Assembly: GCA_963795855.1 (NCBI GenBank)
Contig: CAWCIZ010000002.1
Span: 288,001 to 352,000 of the forward strand
DNA: 64,000 nt
DNA from: Vulcanimicrobiota bacterium
Lineage (GTDB): Bacteria; Vulcanimicrobiota; Vulcanimicrobiia; Vulcanimicrobiales; Vulcanimicrobiaceae
Direction: 5' to 3'
This document shows positions 51,523 to 62,926 of this stretch, piece after piece. Below the pieces are notes generated by a model. It saw nothing but the letters and a program-made list of their open reading frames with translations. It was not told the origin of the DNA and searched no databases. Position 1 is the first letter of the stretch, and each line of letters opens with the position of its first letter. Position numbers and translations under genes: made by a program.

Positions 51523-51869
51523 GACTGTGGCTTGCGCAGTTGCTTCAGAAACCCGGCGATGGTCTGCGTTTGCTGCGCGAACAGCGTGCGCTGATCGCGA
51601 ATCCACGGCTCGACTTGCTCGGACGGCACTTCGGCCAGCGTATTGACGCGACCGCTGCCGCCGCCGATCAAGTAGTAGCGCTCGCCGACCTTGACGACGT
51701 GGAGCGTCGTGTTCTGCGCCAGAAACGTCGATTCCACGATCGTGACCAAGCGCCGGTCGGTTGACGTGACCAAACGTCCGCGGCCAAGTGCGCGCACGAC
51801 CGTGTACAGCCCAAAGAGCATCAGCGCTACGACCAGCAGCGCCAGTATATAATGTCCGGCGAACGCCAC
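51519..51869 (-). CDS. fliO: Flagellar protein FliO/FliZ
   Basis: TM helix, LHVVKVG.RYYLIG; lies between fliN and fliP. Confidence 0.85.
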   Translation of the reverse strand: MAFAGHYILALLVVALMLFGLYTVVRALGRGRLVTSTDRRLVTIVESTFLAQNTTLHVVKVGERYYLIGGGSGRVNTLAEVPSEQVEPWIRDQRTLFAQQTQTIAGFLKQLRKPQS

Positions 51870-52726
51870 TACTCTACGCTCGGGTTGAGTTCGCTGATCT
51901 TTACGGCGTATTTATCGTCGACGACCACCACTTCGCCGCGCGCGATCAAAATGTTGTTGACATAGAGATCGATCGGGTCGGTCGAGAGTTTGTCGAGTTC
52001 GAAGACGCTTCCCGACTGGAGCGTGACGACGTCGCGAAGCGTCAGAGCGGTCTTGCCGAGCACCGCGCTGATCTGCAGCGGAACGTCGTGCACCAGATCC
52101 AGATTGTTGCCGCCGTGCGAACCGCGAGACGCGGACGGCGCCATCGGCGCGAATGAAACCGGATGTGCAGGCGGCGCTGCCGGCTGCCGGCGTTTGGGCT
52201 CCGCAGCTGCAGGCTCCGCGGTGCCGCCGATCTTCGAGAGGGCGATGCCGTCGAAATCGATTGCAATCTCGGGGGCCGCGTCCGCGCCGACTTGAACGGT
52301 ACCTTCGTACGAGGCGAACGGCGGGGCCGGAAGATTCGTGGCGTCCGTGCAGAGGTCGGCGTGCACGCCGTCCGTGCTCGCTCCCAGGCCTTTTGCGAGT
52401 TGCTCCGCCATCGCGGCTGCGATCTGCGACACCGTTTCAGAAACGATGGAGAGCTGCATCGCGCCCATTTCAGCGCCGTCGTCGGCGCCGCCGAGCATGA
52501 GGTTCACGATGTTCGAAATGTCGGCGGCCGCAAAGCGTACCACGACGTGAATGCCGAGCGATGGAATCTGCGCGACGGTAACGAGCGTTCCGCCGTCGAT
52601 TTTTATTGAGCCTTCGTGATCCTTGCGCGTCACGGCGGACGCGGCAACGGGCTGTTCGACGAGCCGGCCGAGGACCGTTCCGGCCGCCTCCAGCATCGAA
52701 TCGGTGAGCTGTTGAATGTCGGGCAT
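51869..52726 (-). CDS. fliN: FliN/FliY-like switch protein with degenerate CheC-like N-terminal domain
   Basis: C-terminal NLDLVHDVPL..LGKT..ARGEVVVVD. Confidence 0.85.
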   Translation of the reverse strand: MPDIQQLTDSMLEAAGTVLGRLVEQPVAASAVTRKDHEGSIKIDGGTLVTVAQIPSLGIHVVVRFAAADISNIVNLMLGGADDGAEMGAMQLSIVSETVSQIAAAMAEQLAKGLGASTDGVHADLCTDATNLPAPPFASYEGTVQVGADAAPEIAIDFDGIALSKIGGTAEPAAAEPKRRQPAAPPAHPVSFAPMAPSASRGSHGGNNLDLVHDVPLQISAVLGKTALTLRDVVTLQSGSVFELDKLSTDPIDLYVNNILIARGEVVVVDDKYAVKISELNPSVE

Positions 52727-52732
52727 TGCGGC

Positions 52733-53725
52733 TTATTCGTCCTCGCTGGTGATGACGTCGGAAACTTGCACGGCGATGCGGTCTTTGTTCACGCCGGGAT
52801 AGACGCGAAACTTCTCGCGTTCGTTGACGCGAGCCACGAGCGCCGAGTCGGTCGGTTTATCGAACAGGACCAGGTCGCCGGGCTGCAGCGCGACCAAATC
52901 GCGCAGCGAGACCGTCGTGCGGCCCAATTCAACCTGAACGTCCACGTCGGCGCGCTCGACGTTGCGCGCCAGTTGCTGGATGTCTTCTTCCGTCATGCCG
53001 CGGCCGGCGATGACCGTCGGCGACCATTGGAAGTCGGTGAGTTGCGTGCCGATCGACTGCAGCACGAGGTACGGCAGGCAGAAGTTCATGACGCCGGCCA
53101 TGTCGCCGACTTTGAGTTCCATCGAGACGTAGGCGACGATTTGATCGAGCGGGATGATGCGCGGGATGAACTGAGGATTGGAATCGAGCGCCTCGATCTT
53201 CAACGAGAGCGTGAGCAGGTAGTTCCACGATTCACGGTAGCTGTTGAGCATGCGCGCCATGAAGCGCTGCATCAGCGTGCGCTCGATGTCGGTCAGGTCG
53301 CGAAGCTTCTGCGGGAACCACCCCGGGCCGCCGAGCAGCCGGTCGATGATTGAGAAGACCAAGTTCAAGTCGACTTGAGTGATGCCGCTGCCCGGCAGCG
53401 GATCCATCGAGAAGATCGAGAGGATCGACGGGATGCCGATGCTCGCGATGAAGTCGCCGTAACTGATCTGCTCGATGGAAACGATGCTCGCTTCCACGCG
53501 CGTGCGAAGATAGACCGAGAGTGAGTTGTTGAGCAGCCGAGTGAAGTTCTCGTGAAGCGTCCGCAGCGTCTGCAGCTGGTTGTTCGAGAACTTGTCGAGG
53601 CGCTTGTTGAAGCGGAAATCGAACGACTTGATCTTCTTGCCTTCGAGCGCCTCTTCGCGAGCGGCGGGCTCCGTGGCAAGCTGATTGATCAGCGCGTCAA
53701 TTTCTTCTTGCGAGAGACTGGACAT
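52733..53725 (-). CDS. fliM: Flagellar motor switch protein FliM
   Basis: LSQEEIDAL, FDF, DRLLGG.G, C-terminal SpoA domain. Confidence 0.96.
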   Translation of the reverse strand: MSSLSQEEIDALINQLATEPAAREEALEGKKIKSFDFRFNKRLDKFSNNQLQTLRTLHENFTRLLNNSLSVYLRTRVEASIVSIEQISYGDFIASIGIPSILSIFSMDPLPGSGITQVDLNLVFSIIDRLLGGPGWFPQKLRDLTDIERTLMQRFMARMLNSYRESWNYLLTLSLKIEALDSNPQFIPRIIPLDQIVAYVSMELKVGDMAGVMNFCLPYLVLQSIGTQLTDFQWSPTVIAGRGMTEEDIQQLARNVERADVDVQVELGRTTVSLRDLVALQPGDLVLFDKPTDSALVARVNEREKFRVYPGVNKDRIAVQVSDVITSEDE

Positions 53726-53733
53726 ATGACGGA

Positions 53734-54499
53734 CTACTGCCCCTTTTCAGCTTTGAGAGGTTGGCATTGAGCAGCACGATGTCGACGCGACGATTTTCCT
53801 GTCGAGTCTCCGCCGTGCGGTTATCCGTCCGTGGATGATACTGTCCATATCCCGCTGCCGATATCCGCGTCGGGTTCAGGTGGTCGTCCTCCACCAAATA
53901 CCTGACCACGTTCACGGCGCGCGCGGTAGAGACTCCCAATTGCTCGGGTATTGAGCCGTCGCAATGGGCACGTCGTCCGTGTTGCCCTCGACCCGTATGA
54001 GGTTGTCGTTCTTCCTTAGAAAGGAATCGACGGCATCCAGAATTTTCTTAGTCTGCGGGCGCAGTTGGGCGCTTCCGCTGTCGTAATAACTCTTATCGGA
54101 AAGTAAAGTAATCACTAAGCCGCGGTGGTCCATGTGCACTTCGACCTGCGATTGCAGGCGATTGCGCTCCACGTACTGCTGGAGTTCCCGCTGAATTGCC
54201 GGGATGTTCGAAGCCGCATCGAAGCGGCGCTGCGCGTCCAGCCCGCCCTGCGGAGGCTCGTTCGCAGACCAAACGTTGTCGAAACCGCCGGACACGTCTT
54301 TGGCGAATCGCTGGAATTTGACTTTGCTGATTGTGGACATGGCGAACAGGATGATGAACAGCGCGAGCAGCAGCGTGATCATGTCCGCATAGGTCAACAG
54401 CCAGCGCATCATGCCGGCTGTCTCGACTTTGGTTTCTTCGGTTTTCTTGCGGAACCGGCTTTCGGCCGCGCGCGCCGCAGTCTTGATCGGCTGGCTCAT
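53734..54499 (-). CDS. motB: Flagellar stator MotB, frameshift near 53935; 3' end approximate
   Basis: RWLLTYADMITLL, VEGNTD, SNWE, RAVNV, GYG..P, NRRVDI. Confidence 0.92.
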
Positions 54500-55337
54500 C
54501 GAGCTCGGTGGAGTAGCTGGGCTGATCGACGACGGCGCCGCCCTCCTCGATCTCCGTTTCGCGTTCTTGCGGATCCAGAAACGCGTGCAGGCGCTCTTCA
54601 AGAAGCCGCGGGTTATCGCCGGCTTGAATCGAGAGAATGCCCTCGATCATGATTTCGCGCAGCAGCAGCAACTGTCCCGAACGTTCCTTAATTTTGTTCG
54701 CAATCGGAAGCCACAGCAGATTTGCCAGTAAGATGCCGAAAAACGTCGCAACGAACGCCTGCGCCGTTGCGCCGCCGATGTTTCCGGCTACGCTGGACGC
54801 TCCGTTCATAGCGGCGAGGCCCTTGAGCATGCCGATGAGACCGAGCACCGTGCCGATGATTCCGAGCGTGGGCGAGTAGCCGCCCATATTGCTGAATACC
54901 GCTTCCGCTTTCGTTCCGACTTCCTGCACGTGCGAAACTTCCGTCTCGAGGACTTTGCGGATGACGTCGGTATCGCGGCCGTCGATGACGAGTTGAATAC
55001 CTTTGCGCATGAAGTCGTCTTCGAGCGCGGCCGCCTCGTTTTCGAGTGCGAGCAAACCTTCGCGTCGCGCTTTTTCGGCAAACGATACGAGCGTCGCGAT
55101 GACGTCGCGTTCGTGGTACACCGGTTCGGAGAACGCGGTCTTCAAACCGCCGCCGAACCCTTTGATGAACGTGCGCATCGGAAACGAGATCATCGTCGCC
55201 CCGAACGTGCCGCCGAGGATGAGGACGAGCGCATCCCAGCGTCCGAGGAAGACGTGCGGATCCGTTCCACCCGCCCAGCCGGCGACGACGACGGCCCCAA
55301 AGGCAATAATGAGGCCTACCAGCGTAGCAAAGTCCAC
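54496..55337 (-). CDS. motA: Flagellar stator MotA; stop displaced by a probable indel, 3' end approximate
   Basis: KARREGLLALE, SPTLGIIGTVLGLI, EGILSIQAGDNPR. Confidence 0.92.
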
Positions 55338-55344
55338 CTATCCT

Positions 55345-55371
55345 GTATCGGCACCGCGGTTATCATCCTGA
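55345..55371 (-). promoter_or_regulatory. Putative sigma28 promoter of motAB
   Basis: TCAG-N15-GCCGATAC. Confidence 0.6.
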
Positions 55372-55391
55372 GCGCGGCGGGGGACCGCAAT

Positions 55392-55583
55392 CTACGGCGG
55401 CGGACCGTAAATCTTTCGTTTGAACTCGATGATTCGGCTTCGGATATCGTCCATCGAATCGCGGACGATCAGTTTGTTGCCGCTCACCAGCGTGATGACC
55501 GTATCCGGCGTCGGCTCGACCGATTCGATCAGATCGGCGTTCACCATGATGGGCTGCCCGTTGAGTCTCGTGAGTTGGATCAC
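55392..55583 (-). CDS. flbD: Flagellar protein FlbD (SwrD/YlzI family)
   Basis: I.LTRLNG...N.DLIE..E.TPDTVITL..G.K..V. Confidence 0.93.
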   Translation of the reverse strand: MIQLTRLNGQPIMVNADLIESVEPTPDTVITLVSGNKLIVRDSMDDIRSRIIEFKRKIYGPPP

Positions 55584-55597
55584 GACTCTTCCTTATT

Positions 55598-55626
55598 AAA
55601 GGGACCCGCGGTTTCCCGCGGGTCCC
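55598..55626 (-). terminator. GNRA-loop hairpin after flgE (weak terminator or stabiliser)
   Basis: GGGACCCGCGG-GAAA-CCGCGGGTCCC followed by TTT. Confidence 0.65.
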
Positions 55627-55678
55627 CCGATGGGACCTCCGTGTCCCCCTAGCGCGTGAGGGCTAAGTCGTGCCTGCG

Positions 55679-57403
55679 CTAGTTCTCGCTGCCGCGGATG
55701 TTCAGGACCGTCATGAGGTTCTGGTCCGCCGTCGAGATGCCGCGCGTATTCGCCTCGAAGGCGCGCTGCGCGACGATCATCTTGGTGAACTCGTCCGCGA
55801 GTGAAACGTTGGACTGCTCGAGCGAACCCGAGATGATTGCGCCGTAGCGTCCGGTGTTCGCCGTTCCGATCTGCGCCAAACCGGAGTCAGCGGTTTGCTG
55901 GAAGCCGTTGCCGCCGGTGCGGTGCAGGCCGCCTTCGTTTTGGAACGTCGCGACCGCGACTTGCGCGATCGTCTTTTGCTGTCCGTTGGTGAACGAACCC
56001 AGCACCGAACCGTCTTGGCCGATCGTGATGTTGGACAGCGTACCTGCGGCGAAGCCGTTTTGGGCGAGCACGTTCGCCGTGGGCGATCCCGCGAGCGCCG
56101 ACATGCTGGAGAAGTCGAGTCCGATCGTTTGCGGCGCAGCGGACGCATCGCCCGCGGGCCACGCCGCGATTTGAACCGCATCGCCCGCGCCGCCGCCGCC
56201 CGCGCCGGACGGCGTCGGTGCGGTGCCCAGCGTGTGCACGTTCGCGCCGTTCACGTCACCCGACGTGTTGATGTACTGACCGTTCGCGTCGAACCAAATG
56301 TACCCGCTGCTCGCTCCGGCCGCCGGACTGGTTCCGTCGGCGAAGGCTACGGTGTACTTCCAGCGCGTTCCGGGCGCGACGGCGGTTCCGTTCGCGTCCT
56401 TCACCGACGCCGGAAGACCGGTCGTCGCACCCGTGACGTTGATCGTCGCGGTCTGCGTTCCCGGCATCGGCGTTTGCATCGTGAACGTGGCGCCGCCCAT
56501 CGTGATCGTTTGTCCCGGCGTCGCGGTCGTGCTGTTGCCCAGCGTGTCCGTGACCGTTGCCGACGTTCCGCCCGCGTTCGTCGTAACGGTGATCGTGTCG
56601 TTCTGACTCGTTGAACCGGCAACCGTTGCGGCAGCCGTGAGAACGCCGCCCGGATCCGCCGTGGCAATGCCTGCAGGCGTCGAGCCGGTCGTGTCCGGCG
56701 ACATCGTGATCGTCGCTTGATGCGCGTTGCCGAGCGAGTCGTAGATTGTCGTCGTCAGGACTTTGCTGGCCGGCGATCCGCCCGCGAGCGCCACGGAAAA
56801 TTGCGTTTGATCGAGCGATCCGCCGAAGCTCATGTCGAACTCTTTGTCGTTCGAGGGTCCGAGCTTCACGGAGTTGGGGCCGCCCGTTGCGGTGGCTTGC
56901 ATTTGCAGACCGAGCGGAACCGTGATCGTGCCGGGCGTTCCCGTTGCCGACACCGTGCCGTTGCCGTTCGCCATGAAGCCTTGAACCGCCAAGCCGGTCG
57001 CCGGATCGTACAGCACGCCGTTCGCGTTCAACGAGAACGCGCCGTCGCGCGTGTAGACCGGTTGTCCGCTTCCGTCCACGTTGCGCAGGACGAAGAACCC
57101 GTCACCATTGAGCGCGAGATCGGTGTTGACGCCGGTGGTTTGCAAGCCGCCTTGGCTGAAGTTCGTGTCGATCGTGTTGACCTTTACGCCGAGCCCGATT
57201 TCCTGCGGGTTCACGCCGCCGCTGTTCTGCGAGGGCGCCGTTGCATATCCGTTCTGCGACTGATAGAACAGATCGGCGAACGTCATGCGCTGGCCTTTGA
57301 AGCCGAACGTGCCGACGTTTGCAATATTGTTGGAGATCATGTCGATCTGGCTTTGATAAGCGTTCAGACCGGAGATGCCTGTAAACAGCGCATCGAATCC
57401 CAT
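55679..57403 (-). CDS. flgE: Flagellar hook protein FlgE
   Basis: ISNNIANV.T.GFK, YTRDG.F, LEQSNV.LA.EF..MI.AQR. Confidence 0.95.
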   Translation of the reverse strand: MGFDALFTGISGLNAYQSQIDMISNNIANVGTFGFKGQRMTFADLFYQSQNGYATAPSQNSGGVNPQEIGLGVKVNTIDTNFSQGGLQTTGVNTDLALNGDGFFVLRNVDGSGQPVYTRDGAFSLNANGVLYDPATGLAVQGFMANGNGTVSATGTPGTITVPLGLQMQATATGGPNSVKLGPSNDKEFDMSFGGSLDQTQFSVALAGGSPASKVLTTTIYDSLGNAHQATITMSPDTTGSTPAGIATADPGGVLTAAATVAGSTSQNDTITVTTNAGGTSATVTDTLGNSTTATPGQTITMGGATFTMQTPMPGTQTATINVTGATTGLPASVKDANGTAVAPGTRWKYTVAFADGTSPAAGASSGYIWFDANGQYINTSGDVNGANVHTLGTAPTPSGAGGGGAGDAVQIAAWPAGDASAAPQTIGLDFSSMSALAGSPTANVLAQNGFAAGTLSNITIGQDGSVLGSFTNGQQKTIAQVAVATFQNEGGLHRTGGNGFQQTADSGLAQIGTANTGRYGAIISGSLEQSNVSLADEFTKMIVAQRAFEANTRGISTADQNLMTVLNIRGSEN

Positions 57404-57493
57404 GTCTTTTGACCTTTCTTACAGATACGCGGCGCGTCTATCGATCGACGCCGCAGTCCGGAGCTCCGCAAGCGGTCCGCTCCGAGGTGAAAA

Positions 57494-57901
57494 CTAGCCG
57501 ATTATTGCCGCACTGTCGATGTTGGTGAACACGTTCTCCCGCATCGAATCTCCGTCTACCGCGGTGATGACGGTGCGATTTTTGACGCTCACGACCATGG
57601 CGACGTCGCGGAGCATGAAGAGCGATTGTTTCGCGCCCTTTTCCGCTGCTTTGTCGGCCATCGCGTTCATGCGCGCCATGTCTTCGCTGCTCAAGTGGAT
57701 GTTGCGCGACTGCAGACGCTGCATCGCGTGAGCCGAGAATTTGAGAGGCTGCGCCGTTGCCGTGCGCTGCTGCTGTTCGAGTACCGAACGGAAACTCGGG
57801 CCGGAGGTAGGCGGGATCTGTACCGGCGTGCCGGCCGGGCGCGGTGCCGGACCCGGGATTATGCCCGGCGTGCCGATCGCATTGAGATCCTTGGAGTCCA
57901 T
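57494..57901 (-). CDS. Flagellar operon protein (TIGR02530-type)
   Basis: LKFSAHA..RL..RNI, VSVKNRTVITA, NVFTNIDSA. Confidence 0.9.
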   Translation of the reverse strand: MDSKDLNAIGTPGIIPGPAPRPAGTPVQIPPTSGPSFRSVLEQQQRTATAQPLKFSAHAMQRLQSRNIHLSSEDMARMNAMADKAAEKGAKQSLFMLRDVAMVVSVKNRTVITAVDGDSMRENVFTNIDSAAIIG

Positions 57902-57904
57902 AGT

Positions 57905-58372
57905 TTAGTTGCCGATCCCCACGATTTCGCTCGTGGAAAACATCAACGGTTGCCCGTTGCCGTCTGAGATCGGTTTACCGTTGGCGCCGTTCATCGTGAA
58001 GTACGGCTGCCCGTTTTGCACTTCGATCGTGGAGACCGTGCCGGTTACCGATGACGTGTTGCCCGTGGCGTCCGGCGTGCTGACGGTGACGTTTTTGCCG
58101 ATGAGCGTAGCCGATTGCATCACGCCGAAGTTCGACTGGAAGTTTTGAAACGAGGTGTTCATCTCTTCCGTTGCGGACAACGCCGAGAACTGCGCGAGCT
58201 GCGCGACCGACTGCGTGTCGTCGACCGGCTGCATCGGATCCTGATTCTGCATTTCCGTGGTGAGCAGTTGCAGAAAAGCCGACGAGTTGAGGTTCGCGTT
58301 GAGTCCCGTACTCGACGACGAAGACGGCGTTTGCTGGAGCCCCGCTCCATTGAGTGACGAGATACCTGCCAT
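57905..58372 (-). CDS. flgD: Hook-capping protein FlgD
   Basis: FLQLL...QNQDP..P......QLAQFS.L, LIGK.V. Confidence 0.93.
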   Translation of the reverse strand: MAGISSLNGAGLQQTPSSSSSTGLNANLNSSAFLQLLTTEMQNQDPMQPVDDTQSVAQLAQFSALSATEEMNTSFQNFQSNFGVMQSATLIGKNVTVSTPDATGNTSSVTGTVSTIEVQNGQPYFTMNGANGKPISDGNGQPLMFSTSEIVGIGN

Positions 58373-58389
58373 GTTCTACTCCTTGGCGT

Positions 58390-59838
58390 TTACGCCAAAT
58401 AATTGAGCACGAGCGATTTGGCGCCGGTCAAAACCGGCGGACCGAATCGTGAATCCGCCCAAGCGTCTTCTTCAGCGGCGTCGCCTTGCAGCGTGCCCAC
58501 TTTGGCGAGTTGGCGGTGCTGCTGCGCGTGCTGCTGAGAGAAGCCGGGGTTTCCGCCCGAAACGTCGACGGAAAATTTGCCGAGCGAGAGACCCCCTTCG
58601 GCAAGCGCGCGCGCGAGCTGCTGCTGGTTTGAAAGCAGCATGTCGCGAACGTGCGCGTTCTGTGCGACGATGTTCGCGGAAATGGTGTTACCGGTGACGG
58701 TGAGTTTGAGTGAGACGTCGCCCAAATGCTCGGGCTGCAGACGCATGCGCACTTCCGACGTCGTGCCGAAATTGCGCAATGTGATGCCTTTGACGACTTG
58801 CTCGATGATCGACTGCGGGTCGATCGTGTAAGGCGCTGCCGCCGCGGTCGAACTCTGAACCGCCGCAGCGGTCGCAGTGTTGAGCGTGGAGGCAAATGCC
58901 GGAGTCGTCGAGCCGTTGCTGCCGTTCGTTTGCACGTGCGGCGCGTTCGAGACCGCGTTCTTTGCGAACGAGAACTCTTGCGACTGCTTGCCGCCGCCGC
59001 TCGAAGCGTTGTGCGACGAGTTTTGCGCGATCGCTTGCATGAGTTTCGCGAACAGCGCCGACGGAGAAGCGGACGCGTTGGAGACGGTTGCCGAGCGCGT
59101 CGCCGGAACGGCAGGCCGCTGCACGTCCGCATTCGCGGCGCGTGCGAGCATGCGGCCCAGCACGTCCGCGGATTGCGTCGTAATCGGCTGCGCGTCCCCA
59201 GACGTGTTTTGGGCGGGGGGTTGCGTTGCGCCTTGCGGAGCTGCGTTTTGCAGCTGCTGCACGACGCTTTGTAGAATCGAATCGGCAAGCGCGAGAGCAC
59301 CGGCCGGCGTTTGCGTGCCGCTCGGTTCTTTCGTTTGCTGCTGGGCCGGGGTTTCTTTCGCCGATTTGGCGTCCAAGACTGCTCCCGGGAATCGATTCTG
59401 CTGCCCTGCGGTTTCGGTTTGGAGTGCCCTCGTCACGGTGCTCACGAGTGTTGCGAGCCTTTGCTGGAGGGACGCGGCTTTTCTGACGCCGCTTTCACCC
59501 GGCGGACTCGTGCCCGGCGGGGCGAGTGCCGACGCCAACGCACGCTGAAGCGTACTTCGGCGCTGAGTGTTTTCCGCGTTTCCAGTCGCGCTTGCGAGCG
59601 CACCGGAGAGTTTCTGCGAAACGCGGTCGATGATGGTTGCGAGCGGCGTGCCGGTCTGGAGCAGACCCGCGAGCTGCGAAAGCAGATCGCTGCCGTCTAA
59701 TCCGAGCTGATCCAATTTCTGAACGAGGTCTGCGCCGAAGCTGAGATCCTTGAGCAGGCCTTTGGATTTAGCCGTGCCGATGCGGCCAGAAGCCGCATGC
59801 GAGACCGCCGCACCGATGTTTAGGACTGGTAAAGCCAA
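58390..59838 (-). CDS. fliK: Hook-length control protein FliK
   Basis: Low-complexity N-terminus; RLQPEHLGDV, LNYLA C-terminus; TTG start inferred. Confidence 0.88.
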   Translation of the reverse strand: MALPVLNIGAAVSHAASGRIGTAKSKGLLKDLSFGADLVQKLDQLGLDGSDLLSQLAGLLQTGTPLATIIDRVSQKLSGALASATGNAENTQRRSTLQRALASALAPPGTSPPGESGVRKAASLQQRLATLVSTVTRALQTETAGQQNRFPGAVLDAKSAKETPAQQQTKEPSGTQTPAGALALADSILQSVVQQLQNAAPQGATQPPAQNTSGDAQPITTQSADVLGRMLARAANADVQRPAVPATRSATVSNASASPSALFAKLMQAIAQNSSHNASSGGGKQSQEFSFAKNAVSNAPHVQTNGSNGSTTPAFASTLNTATAAAVQSSTAAAAPYTIDPQSIIEQVVKGITLRNFGTTSEVRMRLQPEHLGDVSLKLTVTGNTISANIVAQNAHVRDMLLSNQQQLARALAEGGLSLGKFSVDVSGGNPGFSQQHAQQHRQLAKVGTLQGDAAEEDAWADSRFGPPVLTGAKSLVLNYLA

Positions 59839-59878
59839 ACGATATGTCACCCCCTTTCTCATGGGATTCCTGATCATC

Positions 59879-59907
59879 TCATCGGCAGGGGGCAAGCGGA
59901 ATGTTAG
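59879..59907 (-). promoter_or_regulatory. Putative sigma28 promoter of fliK-flgD-flgE
   Basis: CTAAC-N16-GCCGATGA. Confidence 0.65.
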
Positions 59908-60502
59908 GGGCTGGCGGGCGAGCGCTCCGACGTGCGCAGCGCGTTCCGAATGATGCGATCGCCGCACTCGCTGAGTACGGATTCCGGATGAAACTGCACG
60001 CCGTGCACGGGCAGCGTCCGGTGGCTGATCGCCTGAATCAGGCCATCCTCGCTGCGGGCGGTGACGGCAAGGCCCTCCGGAAGCGTGGCCTCGTCAAGGC
60101 ACAACGAGTGATAACGGGTCGCGGTAAGCGGATTGGGGACGCCTTCGAAGATTCCGCTTTGCGCGTGCGAGATGACCGAGGTCTTTCCGTGCATTGGCGC
60201 CGGTGCGTGCACCACGCGCGCACCGAACGCCTCGCCGATGGCCTGCAGGCCGAAACATACGCCGAAGACCGGCACGCGTCTTTGCGCGGCGGCACGAATC
60301 AGCGCAACGACTGCGGGTGTTTGGCCGGGATTACCGGGGCCGGGCCCGACGACGAGCGCGCCGTATGCATCGAGCACGCCGGCGTCGCGCAGCCGCGGGT
60401 CGTCGTTCAAAAACACATCCGGCTCGACGTCTTGCGATGCGAGCAGATGCACCACGTTATACGTGAAGGAGTCGAAATTATCGACGAAGAGAACGCGCAG
60501 AC

Positions 60503-60506
<4 letters not shown>
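59904..60506 (-). CDS. trpG: Glutamine amidotransferase of anthranilate/ADC synthase (component II)
   Basis: DNFDSFTYN, GPGPG.P, GVCFG.Q, RYHSL, GVQFHPES; apparent ATA start overlapping the trpE stop. Confidence 0.9.
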
Positions 60507-61840
<1,334 letters not shown>

Positions 61841-61853
61841 TTCCGAAGCGAGT

Positions 61854-62468
61854 TTACCGGTGCAGTTCGGGATGTTCCTGCGTCAGCCGAGCCGCATACG
61901 AAGCGGGAAGATTTTCGAGGATCGCGCCCACCGAATCGGGCGACATCAGTGCGAACACGCGGGCGACGTAGTCCTGCGGCAGTTTCTGAACGACCTGCGC
62001 GGCAGCTTCGGCATCCATGGCCGACCAAACGTCCGCGGTACGGCGCATATCCGGACTTGCCTGAGCGCTCAAATCGGCCGTGGCCGCGCTACGGGTCTGC
62101 GCCGGCGCTTGCGGAGCCGGTGCGGCCGGTTTCGCGGAGTGCGCAAGCGCCGCTTGCTCCTGCGCTTGGTTTAACTGCGTCTGCAGCTGCGAAATCTGCT
62201 TGTCGCGATCGCTCACTTGCGAGCGCGCGTCGGCGAGTTGGCTTTGCAGCGATGCGATGGCCGCGTTCTGCGACGAAATGATGCGCGCTTGCCCGATCGA
62301 ATCGAACGGCGCGGCAATCGGCTTCCACGCCGGTGCGAGCGGGCCGTTTGAAATCCACGTGCGTGACGGCGCCCACGAGAGTGCGCCGGCGATCAGCGCA
62401 ACCGCGATCGCGGGAATGAGCACACGTTTCCAGGGAAACGGCTTTCTGCGTTGTCTCGTAACGATCAT
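61854..62468 (-). CDS. MotE/YlxF-like flagellar protein (TM, coiled coil, MgtE_N-like)
   Basis: WSAMDAEAAA.VV..L....VA..F..MSPD.VGAILE.L...AA.LT; follows fliJ. Confidence 0.75.
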   Translation of the reverse strand: MIVTRQRRKPFPWKRVLIPAIAVALIAGALSWAPSRTWISNGPLAPAWKPIAAPFDSIGQARIISSQNAAIASLQSQLADARSQVSDRDKQISQLQTQLNQAQEQAALAHSAKPAAPAPQAPAQTRSAATADLSAQASPDMRRTADVWSAMDAEAAAQVVQKLPQDYVARVFALMSPDSVGAILENLPASYAARLTQEHPELHR

Positions 62469-62926
62469 GATAGTCCTTGATTGGCGAGCAATAGAGCGTC
62501 GTGGCGCCGGTTGTTCGTATCGTCTAAATCGCGCTGCTCGCGCGCGGCTTCGAGCGCCCTATGTTCTTCGTAACGCCGGTCTTTGAGTTTCTCCATAACC
62601 TTGCGTTCTTTGCTTGCCGCAGCCAGGTCGGCGCGGGAGCGCTCGACGGCGGTGCGCCTCTGCGCGACGATCCCGAGCTGCATCGTCATGCACCGATCCA
62701 GGTATTCCAGATGCGCGTAATGCCAGCGGAGTTCTTCGCTGCTCAGGCTCGCGTGATCTTCGCGAAGCGCGAGCGAGTAACGCTTGAATTCCGCGTTCAA
62801 CCGCGCGAGCTCGTCCTCGGCCGCCTGCAGTTCGCGGCGGCGTTCCGCGAAGATGCGCTGCTTCTCGTCTTCGATGCGTTTGCGGTGGTTCAGCACCGGT
62901 GCGAGCGCGAATTTGAACTTCGGCAT
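62465..62926 (-). CDS. fliJ: Flagellar export protein FliJ
   Basis: KFKF.L..VL..R...E, KERKVMEKLK, EQRDLDD. Confidence 0.92.
   Translation of the reverse strand: MPKFKFALAPVLNHRKRIEDEKQRIFAERRRELQAAEDELARLNAEFKRYSLALREDHASLSSEELRWHYAHLEYLDRCMTMQLGIVAQRRTAVERSRADLAAASKERKVMEKLKDRRYEEHRALEAAREQRDLDDTNNRRHDALLLANQGLS

Noticed and set aside
54093..54499. Long MotA C-terminal extension overlapping motB
   Set aside because: Reads as an off-frame translation of motB; a stop lost through an indel is likelier
880..54500. Frameshifts in glf, aroQ, hslO, dnaE2, imuB, motA/B and others as pseudogenes or programmed frameshifts
   Set aside because: They are single-base indels with intact motifs on both sides, clustered by region and hitting housekeeping genes; best explained as long-read errors
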